A stretch of DNA of 36,240 bases from an uncultured Actinomycetes bacterium (lineage in GTDB: Bacteria; Actinomycetota; Thermoleophilia; RBG-16-64-13), in the NCBI GenBank assembly GCA_963706025.1, contig CAVPLM010000022.1:1-36240 (forward strand). Direction: 5' to 3'. The notes under the pieces are model-generated. The model was not told where the DNA came from. It saw only the letters and a program-made list of their open reading frames with translations, and searched no databases. The position numbers were made by a program, and so were the translations under genes. Shown here piece after piece: positions 34,025 through 36,240 of the stretch (the stretch's first letter is position 1; each line of letters starts with the position of its first letter).

Positions 34025-36240
34025 CGCGTCACCTCCTGCGCGCCCGAGGGCTTGGGCGCCACCTTCTTGACCGCGCAGAGCGATGCCTTGAAGCCGGGGA
34101 AGCCGGAGATCGGATCCAGGTAGTCACCGGCGAGCAAGGTGTTCGCGTCGGCCTCCGGGTAGTCGTGGAACATGTGCGCGACTCCGGACCGGGCGAGCTC
34201 GGTGACGTTGGCGCGCACCTGGATCGACCCTTGCGGCGTGGACAACTCGACGAGGTCACCCTGGGCGATGCCGTAGCGGGCGGCGTCGGCCGGATTGAGG
34301 TCGACGGCCGGGTCCCGGCGCAGGCTGCGGGTCCAGGGCAGCCGGAAGGTGCGGGAGTGGATGAACATGGGCAGCCGCGTCCCGGTGCCCAGCACCAGCG
34401 GGTAGTCGGCGGCGACGTCGGGCGTCGAGACCGGGCTGAGCTTCGGCTCGTTGTAGACCGGGAGACCATCGATGCCGGGACGATCGGAGTACTTCTCGAG
34501 GATCGAGGAGACGAACTCCATCTTGCCGCTGGGAGTGGGGAAGCCGCTATTCTCGTACTTATTGTAGGTCACCGGCAGGGGGTTCGGCACCGGCATGCCG
34601 CCGGGATGCTCTTTGAGATCGGCCATCTTCATGCCGCTGGGCTCGAGGATCCAATCCATGGCTGCATCGAAGGCGGCGCCGAAGTCCGGGGCGCCGTTGG
34701 GCAGGAAGCCGCCAAGATCCTCCGAGGAGGTCTCGTCGTACTTCTGGTAATCCAGTCCCAGCTTCTGAGCCAGACCAAAAATGATGTCGGTGTCGGAGCG
34801 GGACTCACCCAGCGGCTCGATCGCGGGCTGGGTGCAGATCACGTATTTCTGCGGATAGCCACGCACCTCGCTACGCTCCACCGACCCGCAGGCCGGCAGG
34901 ACGATGTCGGCGTACTTGGTGGTGTCGGTGGTGAACAGGTCGACCGCGCAGATGAAATCCAGGGTCTGGACGGCTTCCAGCCATGCCTTCGAGGCGGGGA
35001 ACATCCTGTAGTTCATCCCGAAACCCACCAGAGCGCGGAGCGGATAAGGGTCACCCGTGGTTATCTGCCGGGGCATGTCCATGGCCTGACCCTGATCGAT
35101 CATCTCGGTCCACACGGGGAACCGGTCCGCTCCCAGACGGGGAGGCATGTCGCTCCACTTGCGCGGCATCTTGAACTGGTAGTCGCGTGTAGCGAAGCCC
35201 GCGCCGCCGACCTCGAGCCAGCTGGGCGGCTGGGAGACGTTGCCCCCGGGGATGTCGAAGTTGCCGGTGAGACCCACGAGGGCGGCCGCCGCCCGTTGGT
35301 TCTGCACCCCGTTGGTGTGATGGACGACCGGGGTGGAACTGGGCATCATCGCGGCCGGCTTGCTGGTGGCGTAGAGCAGGGCCGCTTCGCGGATCAGGGC
35401 CGCGGGCACACCGGTGATCTGCTCGGCGCGATCGAGGGGGAACTCGGCGGCGTACTACCTGATATTCGTCGAAGCCGTGGGCCCAGTCCGCGACGAACCG
35501 CTGTCGTGGAGACCCTCGCAGATGATCACGTTCGCCATGGCCAGAGCCAAAGCCCCGTCGGTGCCCGGCCGCACCCGAAGGTGCAGGTCGGCCAGACTTG
35601 CGCGTCGGCGAGCACGCGGAATTGACCACGACTGGGCTTCACGCGCCGGTCTGGGCCTCCACCAACCTACGTGCCCTAGGAGTGGCCCCATGCGCCGGGT
35701 TGACTGTCCACACCAGGGCCATGATCTTGGCGTTCGCCAGGTCAGGTCCGGCACTCTGACCATAGAGCAGACGCCAAGCCATCGCCAGGCGGTGAACAGG
35801 CGCTCGACTCGGTGCAGTAGTTCGGGGACCCGAATCGAGGGCAAGACGCTGCAGAAAAGGCCGGGGGGTGCTTAGGGTACCCACAGTAGAAGGCCACTAA
35901 CTCTGGCCCGCTCTCGGCTTTGATTCGCTGACAGGTTCTGGGCGACGGTGTCCATCGCCTCCGCCCAGGAGATGGGTGCCAACTCACCCGAACCCCGGGG
36001 CCCACTCGCCTTGAGCGGCGTGCGCAGCCGGTCCTCGTGGTAGACCCATTGGCGCTGAGCAGCCCCCCTCGAGCAGAGAGGTACCCCCGCCGTTCGGGTT
36101 CTGCTGGAGCTCCCCTCCACCTTGATGATGCGGCCGTCCTTGACGTAGCAGTCGAGGCCGCACTGATGCCGCGGGGTCGCAGATGGTGCAGACCGAATTG
36201 CGCACGTGGATCCCGGTGGCGTCGCCCGGGGTCTTGCCTT
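34021..36240 (-). CDS. Bis-MGD molybdopterin oxidoreductase catalytic subunit (DMSO reductase family); 5' part heavily frameshifted and cut by the window edge
   Basis: Pieces SVCTICDP / QCGLDCYVKDGRIIKVEG / YHEDRLRTPLK / FGSPNYCTESSAC / ADLHLRVRPGTDGALALAM across frames; intact C-terminal part with ADIVLPA, GFPTPSGKMEF and LNPADAARYGI. Confidence 0.9.

Noticed and set aside
35450-36240. Programmed recoding or true pseudogene in the Mo enzyme 5' region (including TAG at 35455 as pyrrolysine)
   Set aside because: Indels are dense only toward the window end while motifs stay recognisable, typical of low-coverage consensus error. The TAG arises from an off-frame stretch.

Overview
High-GC, gene-dense chromosomal window, probably from an anaerobic monoderm such as a Thermoleophilia-like actinobacterium (inferred from the SLH protein, Ku/LigC and gene style; not verified). 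The left part holds a tRNA-Ser(GCT)/tRNA-Arg(ACG) pair, Mop, an atypical SDR, a P2-type ATPase, tatA, a frameshifted UvrD/Rep helicase and a PepSY-response regulator-kinase module. The middle holds an SRPBCC-like gene plus Ku, a SagB-type nitroreductase, HIT, HEAT+GT2, LigC and an SLH/beta-helix protein. A divergent redox block follows: DUF362 Tat lipoprotein plus polyferredoxin on one strand; MsrP-like Mo enzyme, cytochrome b, SlyD, OsmC-like protein and esterase on the other. The right part holds DUF4389, DUF1624, a QueG-like Fe-S protein, HEAT+HD-GYP and a two-subunit DMSO-reductase-family enzyme cut by the window edge. The best hidden signal is an OsmC-like gene (24834-25307) that the ORF track splits. 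It has an in-frame TGA at the catalytic Cys position followed by a SECIS-like hairpin, so it is a probable selenoprotein. Also notable: two sigma28/WhiG-like promoter motifs, an internal twin-arginine motif in the polyferredoxin, and many short tandem duplications that create Gly/Ala/Pro inserts. Several frameshifts, dense after 35450, are most likely sequencing errors. No CRISPR array, rRNA, integrase or transposase was seen.
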